Shown: piece after piece, positions 1 to 10,424 of the stretch
How the letters are laid out: each line of letters begins with the position of its first letter
Position numbering within the stretch: the stretch's first letter is position 1
Assembly (NCBI GenBank): GCA_046725795.1
Contig: JBKOZI010000104.1
Span: forward strand, 1-36,800
Source of the DNA: Actinomycetota bacterium
GTDB lineage: Bacteria; Actinomycetota; Thermoleophilia; Solirubrobacterales; JBBDJG01
Direction: 5' to 3'
Length of the DNA stretch: 36,800 bases
The notes under the pieces: model-generated
What the model was told of the DNA's origin: nothing
Seen by the model: the letters and a program-made list of their open reading frames with translations, nothing else
Databases searched by the model: none
Made by a program: the position numbers and the translations under genes

Positions 1-179
1 CGGGTACTCAACTGACCATTGGACGATTGCGGCACGATCAGCGGCCATGTCGCGGTGTCAATCCGCGCGGGTCACATGCGAATCGATCAAGCGCCTCAGC
101 CTGACCCCTTGTCGATGCCGATTTTCTGGTCCGCCGCCGACCCGGCGACGCCAACGGGCGAGCGCGGCGCCTGCTACTA

Positions 180-827
180 CTAGCGGGGCGGTGGGCGCCA
201 GCCGCCGGTCGGACCGCGATAAAGGCCCTGGCCGGTGATCAGCAGCCGGGCCGTCTCGGCCAGGATGCGCAGGTCGAGCCACAGCGACCAGTGTTCGATG
301 TACCAGAGGTCGAGCTCGATTCGCTCGTGCCAGGGCAGCGCGGCGCGCCCCTTCACCTGGGCCCAGCCGGTGATCCCCGGTTCGATCGAGAGCCGCCCGA
401 GCTGGCGTTCCGAGTATTGGGACACCTGAACCTGGACGGTCGGCCGCGGGCCGACGAGGCTCATTTCGCCCCGGAGCACGTTGACGAGATTCGGAAGCTC
501 GTCGAGCGAAAGCCGGCGTGCGAGTGCGCCGACGCGCGTGATCCGCGGGTCGCCCTCGTCCACCGCCAGGCCGGCGCCCATCCGCTCTGCGCCGCTCACC
601 ATCGTGCGGAGCTTCAGCAGGTCGAACTGCACGCCGTTCCTTCCCACACGCCGCTGTCGATAGACAGGGGAACCCCGCGTCTCCACGCGGATCGCAACAC
701 ACGTCACCGCAAGGATCGGCGCAGACAGCAGGAGCAGCGTGGCGGACGCCACGAGGTCGAAGCCGCGCTTGATCGTGCGGAAACTCGCCCGCCGCGGATC
801 GGGCGGCACCGGAGGCGAGACCGTCAA
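180..827 (-). CDS. Sugar transferase (Bac_transf / PglC-WcaJ-like priming phosphoglycosyl transferase)
   Basis: C-terminal 215 aa of ORF 180..1277. Motifs KRGFDL, single hydrophobic helix, KLRTM, DPRITRVG, SLDELPNL, GEMSLVGPRP, PGITGWAQV, DLWYIEHWSLWLDL. TTG start at 827 overlaps the upstream TGA (TTGA coupling). Confidence 0.93.
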   Translation of the reverse strand: MTVSPPVPPDPRRASFRTIKRGFDLVASATLLLLSAPILAVTCVAIRVETRGSPVYRQRRVGRNGVQFDLLKLRTMVSGAERMGAGLAVDEGDPRITRVGALARRLSLDELPNLVNVLRGEMSLVGPRPTVQVQVSQYSERQLGRLSIEPGITGWAQVKGRAALPWHERIELDLWYIEHWSLWLDLRILAETARLLITGQGLYRGPTGGWRPPPR

Positions 828-1978
828 GGCCTGCCCTCGGCCCGTTCCCACGTCGCGGGCGTTCCGTGCCGGAGCCAGTCCCAAAGGCCCGCCGCAAGCG
901 ACGCCGTCACCAGCAGGTAGTAGTAGGGCAGCCCCAGCGCGCGCGGCCGCCCACCCGTGAGACGGCCGAGGATCGCCGCCGCGAGGAATGCGATCTGGAC
1001 GCCCAGCGTCACGGCGTAGAAGCTCGACCCGAAGGCCAGCGGCACGTTCGCCGCCAGCGCCAGCACGTGCAGGAACGGCGTCGCATAGCGCAGCAAGCGG
1101 TGCGAGTAGACCTCGAGCGTGTACAGCGGTCCATAGCCCCGCGGGTCGAGCATGCCGCCCGCCAGCACCGCCGGCCAGGCGTGGCTCATCATCCGTCGCT
1201 TGCGGCGAAACTCTCCCTCGATCGAGGCGAGCGGACGCTCGGCCGCGACAGCCTGGGGCTCGTAGACCGCGCGCCATCCACGCTTCACCAGGTTGAAGGG
1301 GAACGACAGATCATGGCTCGTCCGCGGGTCGAGGTGCAGGTACGTCTCGCGCCGGACCGCGTAAATGGCGCCGTTGCCCGCTGTGATCGAGCCGAGGCGG
1401 CTCTCGAGCGCCCGCACCGCTGTCTCATAGCGCCAGTAGACGCCCTCCTGGTTCGTTCCGTCGGGGGCGAGATAGCGAAGCCGGCCGCAGACATAGCCGA
1501 CCTGCGAGTCCGCCAGGCGGGTGACGAGCAGGCGCAGTGCGTCCGGCTTCCAGAGGGCGTTTGCGTCCGAGAAGGCGAGCACCTCTCCCACGGCTTCCTC
1601 GACTGCGGCGTCCTGGGCGCGCACCTTGCCCCGGCGACTCAGATCGAGCACCTTCACGCGTCCCGCCTCCCCCACCTCGGCGGCGGCGCGCGCCAGCTCC
1701 ACGGTCCGGTCGGTGGACCCGTCCGAGGCGACGATCAGCTCGAGCCGCTCCGGCGGGTAGTCGAGCGCGAGCGCGTTCTCGACGCGTCGCTCGATCACCC
1801 CCTGCTCGTCGTGAGCGGCGACGATCAAGGTGACCCTGGGCAGGTCTTTCTCCTCGTCAACCGGCGTGGCACGGCGGCGCAGCCGTGCCAGCGCGGCAAG
1901 GAACAGCGGGTATCCCACGTGCGCATAGACGATCAGCCCAAGCGAGACCCACAGCACGACGGCAAGCGCGAAGCGCAT
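824..1978 (-). CDS. Glycosyltransferase family 2, membrane-associated (CesA/IcaA-like)
   Basis: N-terminal [28 protein letters not shown] (DxD-like), EFRRKRR, C-terminal TM helices. Confidence 0.92.
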   Translation of the reverse strand: MRFALAVVLWVSLGLIVYAHVGYPLFLAALARLRRRATPVDEEKDLPRVTLIVAAHDEQGVIERRVENALALDYPPERLELIVASDGSTDRTVELARAAAEVGEAGRVKVLDLSRRGKVRAQDAAVEEAVGEVLAFSDANALWKPDALRLLVTRLADSQVGYVCGRLRYLAPDGTNQEGVYWRYETAVRALESRLGSITAGNGAIYAVRRETYLHLDPRTSHDLSFPFNLVKRGWRAVYEPQAVAAERPLASIEGEFRRKRRMMSHAWPAVLAGGMLDPRGYGPLYTLEVYSHRLLRYATPFLHVLALAANVPLAFGSSFYAVTLGVQIAFLAAAILGRLTGGRPRALGLPYYYLLVTASLAAGLWDWLRHGTPATWERAEGRP

Positions 1979-2031
1979 GGGCGCGCATTATGGCCGTGCC
2001 CGCACGCGTACCATTCGATCTTCCTCTGCCG

Positions 2032-2493
2032 ATGAGATCGCACACCGTGTACAGGACGTTCAACACGCAGCGGCGCCGCGAGCTCGTTCGCATCACCGAG
2101 GACGTCCAGGAGGCGGTCGACGCGGCGGGCGTGCGCGAGGGCCTCGTGCTCGTGTCGGCTATGCACATCACGGCCGGCGTCTGGGTGAACGACGACGAGC
2201 CGGGGATCCACGCGGACACCCTCGAGTGGCTCGACAAGGTCGCACCGCCGAGCTGGAAGGAGCCGGCGAACGAGGTCGCACGGGAGCTGCTTCCGGACGA
2301 CGGCGACTACCGTCATCACCGCGGCGGCGAGGACAACGGCGACGCCCACCTGAAGAATCTGCTCGTGCACCATCAGGTGGTGCTCCCGATCACCGACGGG
2401 CGCCTCGACCTCGGGCCATGGCAGCAGGTGTTCTACTGCGAGTTCGACGGGCGCCGGTCGAAACGCCTCGTGATCAAGGTGCTCGGCGACTGA
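2032..2493 (+). CDS. yjbQ: YjbQ/UPF0047 family protein (secondary thiamine-phosphate synthase)
   Basis: MHITAG, YRHH...[25 protein letters not shown] motifs. Start taken at ATG 2032; ATG 1990 is also in frame. Confidence 0.92.
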   Translation: MRSHTVYRTFNTQRRRELVRITEDVQEAVDAAGVREGLVLVSAMHITAGVWVNDDEPGIHADTLEWLDKVAPPSWKEPANEVARELLPDDGDYRHHRGGEDNGDAHLKNLLVHHQVVLPITDGRLDLGPWQQVFYCEFDGRRSKRLVIKVLGD

Positions 2494-4114
2494 ATATGGC
2501 GGTCGATCTGGTAAGCAGATCGACCGGTTTCGGGCCGGACGGGCTCGCGATTCTTCGCGCCCGGGATGTCGCGAGGGCCGCGAACGGCGCGATCGCGACG
2601 CCGACGGCGACGATCACCCAGGTGAACGGGTCTTCGAGAAACGCCGCGTAGACGAAGGTATGGAACACGAGCGCGCAGAACAGGGCGGCCAGCGCCGCGC
2701 GCGCCGGCAGGAACGGGTTTTGCACCTGCCCGTCGACTCCCGGTGGCGCTCGCGCGGCGCGTGAGGCGCCGTCACCGAAGAGCGCCCTGAACGCCGCGAT
2801 CAGTACGGCCGCGTATGCGGTCAGGCCGATCAGGCCCTGCTCGGCGCCGATCGTGACCGGCATCGTGTGCGACGCCGACACCGCTTCTTCCTGGTTGCCC
2901 TTGCGCTCCTGCCGATAGGCGCGGCCGAACGCACCGGATCCGTATCCCCAGAGCGGCCGTTTGCCGATCAACTCGAGTCCCCCTGCGACGAGGTCGCCAC
3001 GCCCGCTCGTGACCTTGTTCACACCGGACGAGCTGCCGAGATGGATCTTCAGCGTGCTCTGGAACGCGAGCACGAACACCGTCGCGGCCGCTACTCCGAG
3101 GGCCGCCGCGGCAGCCGTCCGGCGCGCGTCCCACCGCAACGCCGACAGGACCGCCAGCCCGGCGAGCAACGCTGCGAAGCTCGACTGGGAGAAGGTCAGG
3201 ACGAGGCCGCCCCAGAGCACCGCCAGCACGGTAGCCGCGCCCAGCACGACTCGGCCACGGCGTTCCCAGAGCACGAACGCCGTCACGGCGATCATCACGA
3301 GCATCAGGAAGCGCCCGTAGATGTTCGGGTCCCAGAACACCGAGTTGACGCGGAAGTAGGACTGAAGCTGGTTCGCCGCGATCACCTTCGGGTTCCAGAG
3401 GAGCTCGCGGCGGTCGTACTCCCAGAACCCGATGCCCGCGAAGACGACCGCAAGCGCGGCCGCGACGACGCCGCATGCCAGGACCAGCCGGCTCGACCAC
3501 TCCACCTCGACGAGCAACCGGAACAGCAGCGCGAACGGGATGTAGAAGAAGACCACCTGCTCGAGTGCCAGATCGAAATCGCGCGAGTAGAGCGACTGGA
3601 GCGCGTAGAGCGCGACAAAGGCGGCTAGCGCCGCCTGAACATAGGCCGTCGATCGCCAATGCGATCGGGGGGTTTCCGGCGGGACGGGGTTGACGTGCCT
3701 CCACACCCCCCACACGTAGGCAACACAGCCTCCGGCGATCACCAGGTATAGGGGAACCAGCAAATTTGCGGTGCTGCCCGCCGCCGCGATCGGCACGCGG
3801 AAGGGGAGCACGGCGATCGCGAGCAGGGGCAGCGCCGCGGGACGGCGTCGGAAGAGGACGGCCAGCAGGGCGACGGCCGCAACTCCGGCCAGCGAGAGCG
3901 ACACGAGCTTGCCTGCGTCATCGCTGATCGAGTGGAACTGGTCGGTGTCGGCGATATGCCCGACGAGGAGCACGGCCGCCAGCACGAGTGCCGCGACCAT
4001 CAGGGCTGCCCGGCGGCGCTGGTCGCGGTCGATCAGCACCCCGGCTGCGGCGAACGCAGCCAACACGACGCCGAGCTTCGAGGCTGGGTGCGCTACCGCG
4101 AGAGCAGGGCCCAT
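2474..4114 (-). CDS. O-antigen ligase/polymerase (WaaL/Wzy_C-like) polytopic membrane protein
   Basis: Many TM segments. [31 protein letters not shown] and [16 protein letters not shown] match the O-antigen ligase family pattern. Confidence 0.85.
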   Translation of the reverse strand: MGPALAVAHPASKLGVVLAAFAAAGVLIDRDQRRRAALMVAALVLAAVLLVGHIADTDQFHSISDDAGKLVSLSLAGVAAVALLAVLFRRRPAALPLLAIAVLPFRVPIAAAGSTANLLVPLYLVIAGGCVAYVWGVWRHVNPVPPETPRSHWRSTAYVQAALAAFVALYALQSLYSRDFDLALEQVVFFYIPFALLFRLLVEVEWSSRLVLACGVVAAALAVVFAGIGFWEYDRRELLWNPKVIAANQLQSYFRVNSVFWDPNIYGRFLMLVMIAVTAFVLWERRGRVVLGAATVLAVLWGGLVLTFSQSSFAALLAGLAVLSALRWDARRTAAAAALGVAAATVFVLAFQSTLKIHLGSSSGVNKVTSGRGDLVAGGLELIGKRPLWGYGSGAFGRAYRQERKGNQEEAVSASHTMPVTIGAEQGLIGLTAYAAVLIAAFRALFGDGASRAARAPPGVDGQVQNPFLPARAALAALFCALVFHTFVYAAFLEDPFTWVIVAVGVAIAPFAALATSRARRIASPSGPKPVDLLTRSTAIFSRRAP

Positions 4115-5931
4115 AGCCTGGGCATTATGCGTGCGGCGGGGGAGGACTGACCTCCCTCGGCCAGCGCTCGCCCGAAGCCGTCCACGCCGATGCGGGCCAC
4201 CAGCCCGCCCCCGAAGCGGTACACGACCAGGTCGGGCCTGCGGGGCTCGGCACCTGCCGCCGCCAGCAGCCGCCCCCCCGCCGGCAGCCGCAGTGACTGC
4301 TCGAGTCGCGGAAACGGCCCGAAGACGCCGTTGACGTCCCCGAAGAAGTTGATCCGGTCACCGAGGACGACGAGCGCGCGCGGGCCGTTCTCGATCCGCA
4401 CCCGCTCTCCGAGGAACGACCCCGGGCGACCGCGCACGATCGCGTCCCTCGACACCGTGACCGTCCGTGAGAAGCCTCCGGTACCGACCCACGCGACCCG
4501 GCCTCCCCCCTTCACGTACAGCGCCAGCGAACGCGACAGCACGGTCGGGGCAAATCGCTCGGATCCGGCGATCAGCACGCCTGAGTAACGGCCGAGCACG
4601 GCGGGGCCGCCGCGGAGGATCGCGACGTCGGTGGTCACGTCGTGGCGAACATGTGCTTCGCGCAAAGAGCCCAGCAGCGCCGCGCTGACTCCGAAACCGT
4701 CGGGACGGCCGCCGGCGTCGAAGGGCCGCTCGAGCGAGACCAAGCGGTCAAGCGGCAGCACATCCGGGTAGCCGTCGCCGTTCTGCTCCACCGGGTTCAC
4801 CGCCTGCCACGTGATCGTCGGCAGTACCACCAGCATGGAGCGCCGCTTTCGCGCCTGAACCGCGAACGGGGTCTGGTATCGACGCGAGCGCGAGCTGAGC
4901 TCGAGCAACGCGACGCCGGACGCACCTCGCGGGGCGCGCACGCGCAGCGTCTCCGCGCGGGACCTGCCGCGCGATGTGCTTCGCGTCGAGCCGAGCCTGC
5001 GTACCCGCCACCGGTAACGCTTCCCCGCGGCAAAGACTCTGAATGAGGTGAGCGCCCCGGCCCGGGCGGGCCGCGGCGGTGCTACGGCTGCGAGGTACCG
5101 GACGGCCACGCCGGGATTTCCCCGAATCGCGGCGCGGCGCGGGGGCAGATGCACGGGTCCCACATTGCCGGCCGCGTCCCGCACTCGCACGGCCAGCAGA
5201 TAGCTGCCCGGCGCCGCAAGACGGCGAGCGGAGGGCAGCCCCACCCGCCCGTCCCAGTGCAGCGTGTCGGTGCCCGAACGGCTGGCGTGCCGGGCGACGA
5301 GCCTTGGTCGGTGTAGGTCGGTCCGATACACCAGCAACACCGGCCGGCGCCGTGGTCCGGAATAGCGAAGCGTGGCGACACCCGAGCGGCTGCCGGGCGT
5401 CATGACGGAAGGCTTGACGAAGCCGACCACCGGCCGTGGCGGCGTGGTGTCGAGAAATATCTTCTGCCCGGAGGTGACGACACGCCCCTGCCGGCGGAGG
5501 CTGACGCGCACGTGGTACTCGCCGTCGGGCGCCACCTGACCGGCCGCGTTGCGCCCGTCCCAGCGCATGCGGTAACGCCGGCGCGCGCGAACGGGGAGGT
5601 TCTCGGCGAGCGTCGTGACCCTGCCGCCGTGGCGAGTCACGATCGAGACGGTGACGTCGTCTGTGCGCCGCAGGCGCAGCGCGAACTGCACGTAGTCCGT
5701 TCTGCCGTCGCGGTTGGGCGAGAAGTGACGGTTGAACGACAGACGCTCGATCACCGGCGCCGAGCGCTTCAGCCTGGTGGTGACGAAGAATGCCCCGACG
5801 GTCGCGACGACCAGGGCGGTGAACACGAGCGCCGCGAAGGAGGGACGTGGCGGTATGAGCGTCCTTGCGGGAAGTTCTTCCCGCCCGAAACCCGCCGACT
5901 TGCCTGCAAGTCGGCGGCTGATATTCCTCAC
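4093..5931 (-). CDS. Membrane-anchored exported protein with FlgD-Ig-like domains and C-terminal DMFase-beta-like/GATase-like domain
   Basis: N-terminal hydrophobic anchor. FSPNRDG...WDGRNAAGQVAPDGEY is FlgD_ig-like, with a second WDGR repeat. LVVLPTITWQAVN resembles the N,N-dimethylformamidase beta-like family. GTG start overlaps the upstream TGA; exact start uncertain. Confidence 0.7.
   Translation of the reverse strand: MRNISRRLAGKSAGFGREELPARTLIPPRPSFAALVFTALVVATVGAFFVTTRLKRSAPVIERLSFNRHFSPNRDGRTDYVQFALRLRRTDDVTVSIVTRHGGRVTTLAENLPVRARRRYRMRWDGRNAAGQVAPDGEYHVRVSLRRQGRVVTSGQKIFLDTTPPRPVVGFVKPSVMTPGSRSGVATLRYSGPRRRPVLLVYRTDLHRPRLVARHASRSGTDTLHWDGRVGLPSARRLAAPGSYLLAVRVRDAAGNVGPVHLPPRRAAIRGNPGVAVRYLAAVAPPRPARAGALTSFRVFAAGKRYRWRVRRLGSTRSTSRGRSRAETLRVRAPRGASGVALLELSSRSRRYQTPFAVQARKRRSMLVVLPTITWQAVNPVEQNGDGYPDVLPLDRLVSLERPFDAGGRPDGFGVSAALLGSLREAHVRHDVTTDVAILRGGPAVLGRYSGVLIAGSERFAPTVLSRSLALYVKGGGRVAWVGTGGFSRTVTVSRDAIVRGRPGSFLGERVRIENGPRALVVLGDRINFFGDVNGVFGPFPRLEQSLRLPAGGRLLAAAGAEPRRPDLVVYRFGGGLVARIGVDGFGRALAEGGQSSPAARIMPRLWALLSR
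5867..5917. repeat. Two adjacent perfect inverted repeats (8-bp and 12-bp arms); possible terminator or REP-like element
   Basis: gcgggaag(5867-5874)/cttcccgc(5877-5884) and ccgccgacttgc(5892-5903)/gcaagtcggcgg(5906-5917). Confidence 0.7.
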
Positions 5932-6695
5932 TTGCTACGGTCTGCGCCCACGAGCACGATTGCGTCAAACGACCCCGCGATCTCGGCGTTGACCGAGTCC
6001 ACGGGGCTGGTGGATTGGATGCCGAGGCGGTTCGCGACCGCTCGTGCAGTCGCCGCCTCGCCCTTTCGATAGAGCACCTCGGAGCGGGACTGGTCGATGC
6101 GTGCGGCGTTCCCGATCGTGCCGAGCGTGAACCCCCCGGCGCCGACCTCCTCGCCGATCTTCGCGGCAAGCCCCTGCACGGTCGTCCCGTTCAAGATCGC
6201 AACCGTCACCTGGGACGGATCGACGTTGACCTGCTTGCGCGGTCCGTTTTCATCCCGACCATCCCTCTTGCCCGCGGGCTTTTCGGTCTTGCCGGGCGAG
6301 CCGCTGTCACCCTCGTCTCCGATCAGTGCGACCGCGCCGTAGGCGGCGCCACCGAGCACGAGCACGCCGGCAACGGTGAATGCGAGGTAGCGCGCCTGCG
6401 GGATGTGCACGTTACGAATCCGCTCTCGAAGCGGTTTTCGCTTGCGCACGGACGCTTCGGAAAACGGCGTCGCCGGGAGCTGGTGCTGCGATGCGGGCAG
6501 GGCCGGCGGAACCCGGGTGGCCGGCGTCTGCGCGGCGGCCCGCTCGATGTCCGCCGCTCGCTCCGGCGCCCGTCCCGCCCATTCCCGCAGCCGCCGGACG
6601 TCCCGCGCCTGAGAGAAGTAGAGCAGCGCGAGTATCGCCAGGCCGAGGAACGCGGCCAGGCCGACGTACGAGCCGACGCGCTCGATCAGATCCAT
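5928..6695 (-). CDS. LytR C-terminal (LytR_C) domain membrane protein
   Basis: Two TM segments and a low-complexity linker, then VTVAILNGTTVQGLAAKIG...GFTLGTIGNA...SEVLY...AVANRLG...DAIVLVGAD, typical of LytR_C. No LCP catalytic domain is evident. Confidence 0.85.
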   Translation of the reverse strand: MDLIERVGSYVGLAAFLGLAILALLYFSQARDVRRLREWAGRAPERAADIERAAAQTPATRVPPALPASQHQLPATPFSEASVRKRKPLRERIRNVHIPQARYLAFTVAGVLVLGGAAYGAVALIGDEGDSGSPGKTEKPAGKRDGRDENGPRKQVNVDPSQVTVAILNGTTVQGLAAKIGEEVGAGGFTLGTIGNAARIDQSRSEVLYRKGEAATARAVANRLGIQSTSPVDSVNAEIAGSFDAIVLVGADRSK

Positions 6696-6734
6696 TCGTC
6701 GGCCTTCTCGGAACGTCTCACACTAAAGGGGCGA

Positions 6735-8621
6735 CTATTTCGCGAGGGTACTGAAGTCACTGGCGGCACCGGCGTGAACCGTGCTGGCCAGCTCCGCTAC
6801 GTGCTGCGCCAGGAACGTCTCGTCGCCTTGCTCGACGAGACGTTCGACACGCTCGACCACGCCCTCGACCCAATCCGGATCGAGCGGCGCACGGTCAGCC
6901 TTCATGATCCTGTCGGCGTCGGTCGGCACCGGCCGCTCGCCGTCGTTGAAGAGCTCCTCGCGCAGCTTCTCGCCGGGTCGCGCGCCGATGATCTCGATCG
7001 GGATGTCGCGGTCGACCCGCTGCCCGGAGAGCCGGATCATGTTCCGCGCGAGGTCGATGATCCTGACCTGGTCGCCCATCTCGAGCACGAAGACCTCCCC
7101 GCCGCGCGCTAGGTTGCCCGCGCGGATGATCAGCTGGACGGCTTCGGGAACCGTCATGAAATACCGCTCCATGTCCGGATGCGTGATCGTCACCGGGCCG
7201 CCCTGCTCGATCTGCTTTCGGAAGAGCGGCACGACGCTCCCGCTCGAGCCGAGCACGTTGCCGAAGCGCACGCAACAAAACGTCGTATCCGGATATCGGG
7301 GGCCCAGTGCTTCGACGATCCACTCCGCCATCGCCTTCGAGGCGCCGAGCGCGGTCGCAGGCTTGACCGCTTTGTCGGTCGATACGAGCAGGAAGATGCC
7401 GGCGCCCACGTCTGCCGCCGCCGTGGCGCAGACCTTCGTGCCGATCGCGTTGTTCCGCACTGCCTCGAGCGGGTTGTCCTCCGTCAGGGACACGTGCTTG
7501 TAGGCGGCGGCGTGGAAGACCACCTCGGGCTTGAAGCGCCGCATCACCTCCTGCATGCGCTCGGGCTCCTTGCAGTCCGCGAGGATCGACTCGCAGCCGG
7601 TGAAGTGGCGTTCGTGGATGAGCTCGTGCTCGATGTCGAAGAGGTTGTCCTCGGCGTGATCGAGCATCACCAGCAGGCGCGGCTTCACGCGGGCGATCTG
7701 GCGGCACAGCTCGGAGCCGATCGACCCGCCGGCGCCGGTCACCAGCACCGTGCGGTCGCGCAGCCAGGAGCCGGCCCGGCCGATCTCGAACGGCACGGGG
7801 TCGCGGCCCAGCACGTCTTCCACACGAACCTCGCGCACCTGGCGCATCAGGTTGACCGAGCCCGAGATCAGCTCGAAGACGCCCGGCAGCGTCCGCACCG
7901 GGATGTCTCGCTCGCGGCAGGCGCGCACGACTTTCTCTCGCAGGATCCCCGGAGCCGACGGGATCGCGATGATCACCTCGTTGGGCTCGATGTCGTCGAG
8001 CAGCCGGTCCAGCTTGCCGGTCGTACCGAGCACCTTCAGGCCGTGCATGCGCATCCCGCGCTTGCGCGGGTCGTCATCGATGAACCCGATCGGGGTCTGG
8101 CCGAGCTCCGGGCTGCGCTGCATCTCGCGCGACACCAGCTGACCGGCCTCGCCGGCGCCGACGATCAGGATTTCGCGACCCTTCGGGAGCATCGACCCCC
8201 GCGGCGGCCGCTCGAGCACGCTGCGCACCGCAAGCCGCACACCACCCACGAGCGCGGTCGTAAGCAGCAGGTCCATGACCGCGATCGAGCGGGGCAGGTC
8301 GCTGTCGGTGGGCGACCAGACGAACAGCACGCCGACCAGCACGAGGCTCGCAGCGACGACCGCCTTGAGGATCGACTCGAGATCGCGCAGGCCGACATAG
8401 CGCCACCACTTCTGGTAAAGGCCAAAGGCTGCGAAGATCGCCACCTTGCCGACGATCACGAACGCGATCGTGTCGCGGAGCAGCTCCTCGTAGCGCGACG
8501 GGATGCCCTGGTCGAAGCGCAGCAGGTAGGCCAGAAAGTAGGCAAGGCCGACAAGCGCCGCGTCGACCAGGATCTGAACCGTGCGATGCCGGTACACCGG
8601 GTCGTTCAGACGGGCGGGCAT
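6735..8621 (-). CDS. Polysaccharide biosynthesis protein, CapD/PglF-type UDP-GlcNAc 4,6-dehydratase
   Basis: 4 N-terminal TMs, IVGAGEAG domain, TGAGGSIGSE, HAAAYKHV, STDKAV, GASK, VRFGNVLGSSGSV, RPGEKL. Confidence 0.95.
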   Translation of the reverse strand: MPARLNDPVYRHRTVQILVDAALVGLAYFLAYLLRFDQGIPSRYEELLRDTIAFVIVGKVAIFAAFGLYQKWWRYVGLRDLESILKAVVAASLVLVGVLFVWSPTDSDLPRSIAVMDLLLTTALVGGVRLAVRSVLERPPRGSMLPKGREILIVGAGEAGQLVSREMQRSPELGQTPIGFIDDDPRKRGMRMHGLKVLGTTGKLDRLLDDIEPNEVIIAIPSAPGILREKVVRACRERDIPVRTLPGVFELISGSVNLMRQVREVRVEDVLGRDPVPFEIGRAGSWLRDRTVLVTGAGGSIGSELCRQIARVKPRLLVMLDHAEDNLFDIEHELIHERHFTGCESILADCKEPERMQEVMRRFKPEVVFHAAAYKHVSLTEDNPLEAVRNNAIGTKVCATAAADVGAGIFLLVSTDKAVKPATALGASKAMAEWIVEALGPRYPDTTFCCVRFGNVLGSSGSVVPLFRKQIEQGGPVTITHPDMERYFMTVPEAVQLIIRAGNLARGGEVFVLEMGDQVRIIDLARNMIRLSGQRVDRDIPIEIIGARPGEKLREELFNDGERPVPTDADRIMKADRAPLDPDWVEGVVERVERLVEQGDETFLAQHVAELASTVHAGAASDFSTLAK

Positions 8622-8683
8622 GCTCTGCGCAGTTTAGGGCTTGGTGGCGGCGGCTCGCGTTGGTCGGCCCCGCCCTTGCACCC

Positions 8684-9361
8684 TCACCACTTCCCTCGGT
8701 CTGTCCCGAAGTTGAAGGACCGGAACGCCTGCTTCACGTCATCGAGCACCTCGGCGTCGCGCTTTGTGAAGGTGCCGGCCTTGGTCTGGCGAAGCCTGAG
8801 CACGACGCCGTCCTGGACACTCTCGTCGCCGGGGACCAGGAGCATGTCGCGGCCCCATGTGAAGTTTCCCGGAGGCCCGGCGCGGAAGCCGATCTGGTAG
8901 CCCTGCGCGTCGTTGACTCTCGCGCTTCCTTCGTCGCGTTGCCTGAAGCGATCCAAGCCGTCACGGAGCCGTTCTTGGTAGCCGTCCATGTAGACGGGCA
9001 GCAGCCCGGACGTGACATTGCCGCCGTACCGCGGCAGGTGAAGGCGGCTCACCGTGATCGAAGCGGACAGCTTGCCCTTGTGCGCTTCGAGCCGGACCAG
9101 CTCGAGTCCCCGTGGCGCGACTCGATGCAGAACGTCGGTCGAGTACTGCAGGTTGAACGTCGGACCCGCCCGGTAGACGATCAGCGCAGGCCCGGTGACA
9201 AGCGAAATCACCAGCGCCGCGGTCACAGCGCCGGCGAGCAGGAGCGCCGCGCCGATCGTGACGTGCTCACGGATGCCGAAGCGTCGCCGGAGCAGCGTCG
9301 GCAGGTTGGGCCCGAAGTCCGGGTGGACGGACGGTGCATCGGCGGCGCGGGCGCTTGACAT
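8684..9361 (-). CDS. Hypothetical single-pass membrane protein
   Basis: 225-aa ORF filling the gap between co-oriented genes, with one TM segment (VTIGAALLLAGAVTAALVISLV). TAGCGT box 7 nt upstream of the ATG. Confidence 0.75.
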   Translation of the reverse strand: MSSARAADAPSVHPDFGPNLPTLLRRRFGIREHVTIGAALLLAGAVTAALVISLVTGPALIVYRAGPTFNLQYSTDVLHRVAPRGLELVRLEAHKGKLSASITVSRLHLPRYGGNVTSGLLPVYMDGYQERLRDGLDRFRQRDEGSARVNDAQGYQIGFRAGPPGNFTWGRDMLLVPGDESVQDGVVLRLRQTKAGTFTKRDAEVLDDVKQAFRSFNFGTDRGKW

Positions 9362-9371
9362 CGAGCAGACG

Positions 9372-10358
9372 CTACCGGGGCAGGCAGTTGACGTAGCAGG
9401 GATATGTCATCCAGGCGCGGAGATCCCCCTGCGGGTCGAACAGATACGCGCCATCGCCGAGCCCGCGCCCATCCCGCGTCGCGTTCTCGAAGACCGGATG
9501 GTCGAGGCCCCAGTAGAAGAAGGTGCCGGAGTCCACACCGCTGCCGACGTCGACGGAGATGCTGCCGCCCGGCGGGATCACCGTCCAGGAAGGGAACTCG
9601 TATCGAGCCAGCGACGAGTCGCGCAGCCACCAGCCTTGGAGCGGCACCTCCTGGGCCGAGAGGTTCTCGATTCTGACCTGCTCGCCGTTGAGGTTATGGA
9701 GGTCGCTGCCCTTCGGATCGGGATAGACCGTCAGGCGTAGCGCCGCGGACTCGCTCGGGCCGTCGCCGCAGGCGTTCGTGTCCCACATGTTCACGCGGCG
9801 CAGTGCGGCCTGTTGGGCAAGCCCGCTGTAGGGAGCGTTCCATGCGTACTCGACCGTGTAGGGCAACCACAGCGCGTGCCCCTCGCCGACCAGGATGCGT
9901 CCGAGGTCCTGCCACTTTCCACGGATCTTCACGGCCACCGACCGCCGCAGCCTCCGACGCGAGACGCTGGTGGGGTCCTGTGCCCCGAGGCGGACCGTGC
10001 CGCGGCCCTTTCTGATCAGCTGCTCCAGCCTGGCGGTCGCGGGAAGTGCGTGGCATGCGCCCTTGCGCCTCCGGGGGTTACTCGCGTAGACGCTCTGCTC
10101 CATCGCCTGGATGCCGATGATCCGGACCCGCACGTTCTTCCGCTTCCCGGTCGAGGTGGGCATGTTGACGTCGATCGTGTCGCCGTCGTCCACCCACCTC
10201 AGCTTGCCTCTCCAGAAGTGGCAGGTCGGGTTGGGAGTGCCCAGAGGGACATCTGAAAGGCAGGAACCGAGCCACTCCGCCTGGGCGGTCGGCGTCTGGG
10301 CGACCAGCGCCGACACGGGCGCGATCGCGAGCAGGACGAGCGTGGTCAATCGACGCAT
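9372..10358 (-). CDS. Secreted thermonuclease (SNase)-like plus lamin-tail-domain (LTD) protein
   Basis: Signal peptide MRRLTTLVLLAIAP...AQA. SNase motifs WVDDGDTIDV and VRIIGIQAME. LTD motifs NGEQVRIEN...LQGWWLRD...YEFP...IPPGG...GDGAYLFDPQG. Start moved to ATG 10358. Confidence 0.85.
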   Translation of the reverse strand: MRRLTTLVLLAIAPVSALVAQTPTAQAEWLGSCLSDVPLGTPNPTCHFWRGKLRWVDDGDTIDVNMPTSTGKRKNVRVRIIGIQAMEQSVYASNPRRRKGACHALPATARLEQLIRKGRGTVRLGAQDPTSVSRRRLRRSVAVKIRGKWQDLGRILVGEGHALWLPYTVEYAWNAPYSGLAQQAALRRVNMWDTNACGDGPSESAALRLTVYPDPKGSDLHNLNGEQVRIENLSAQEVPLQGWWLRDSSLARYEFPSWTVIPPGGSISVDVGSGVDSGTFFYWGLDHPVFENATRDGRGLGDGAYLFDPQGDLRAWMTYPCYVNCLPR

Positions 10359-10424
10359 TCGGCAGGTCAGGGTAATCTTCACGCGGCTAAGGCGAGCCGT
10401 CGCGAGACTCTTAGGGGCACGATT

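Noticed and set aside
1-179. Possible structured element or small ORF at the left edge (gggtca/tgaccc pair; ORF 47..238)
   Set aside because: Only a 6-bp pairing in GC-rich DNA, and the ORF has no recognisable features. Context is cut by the window edge.
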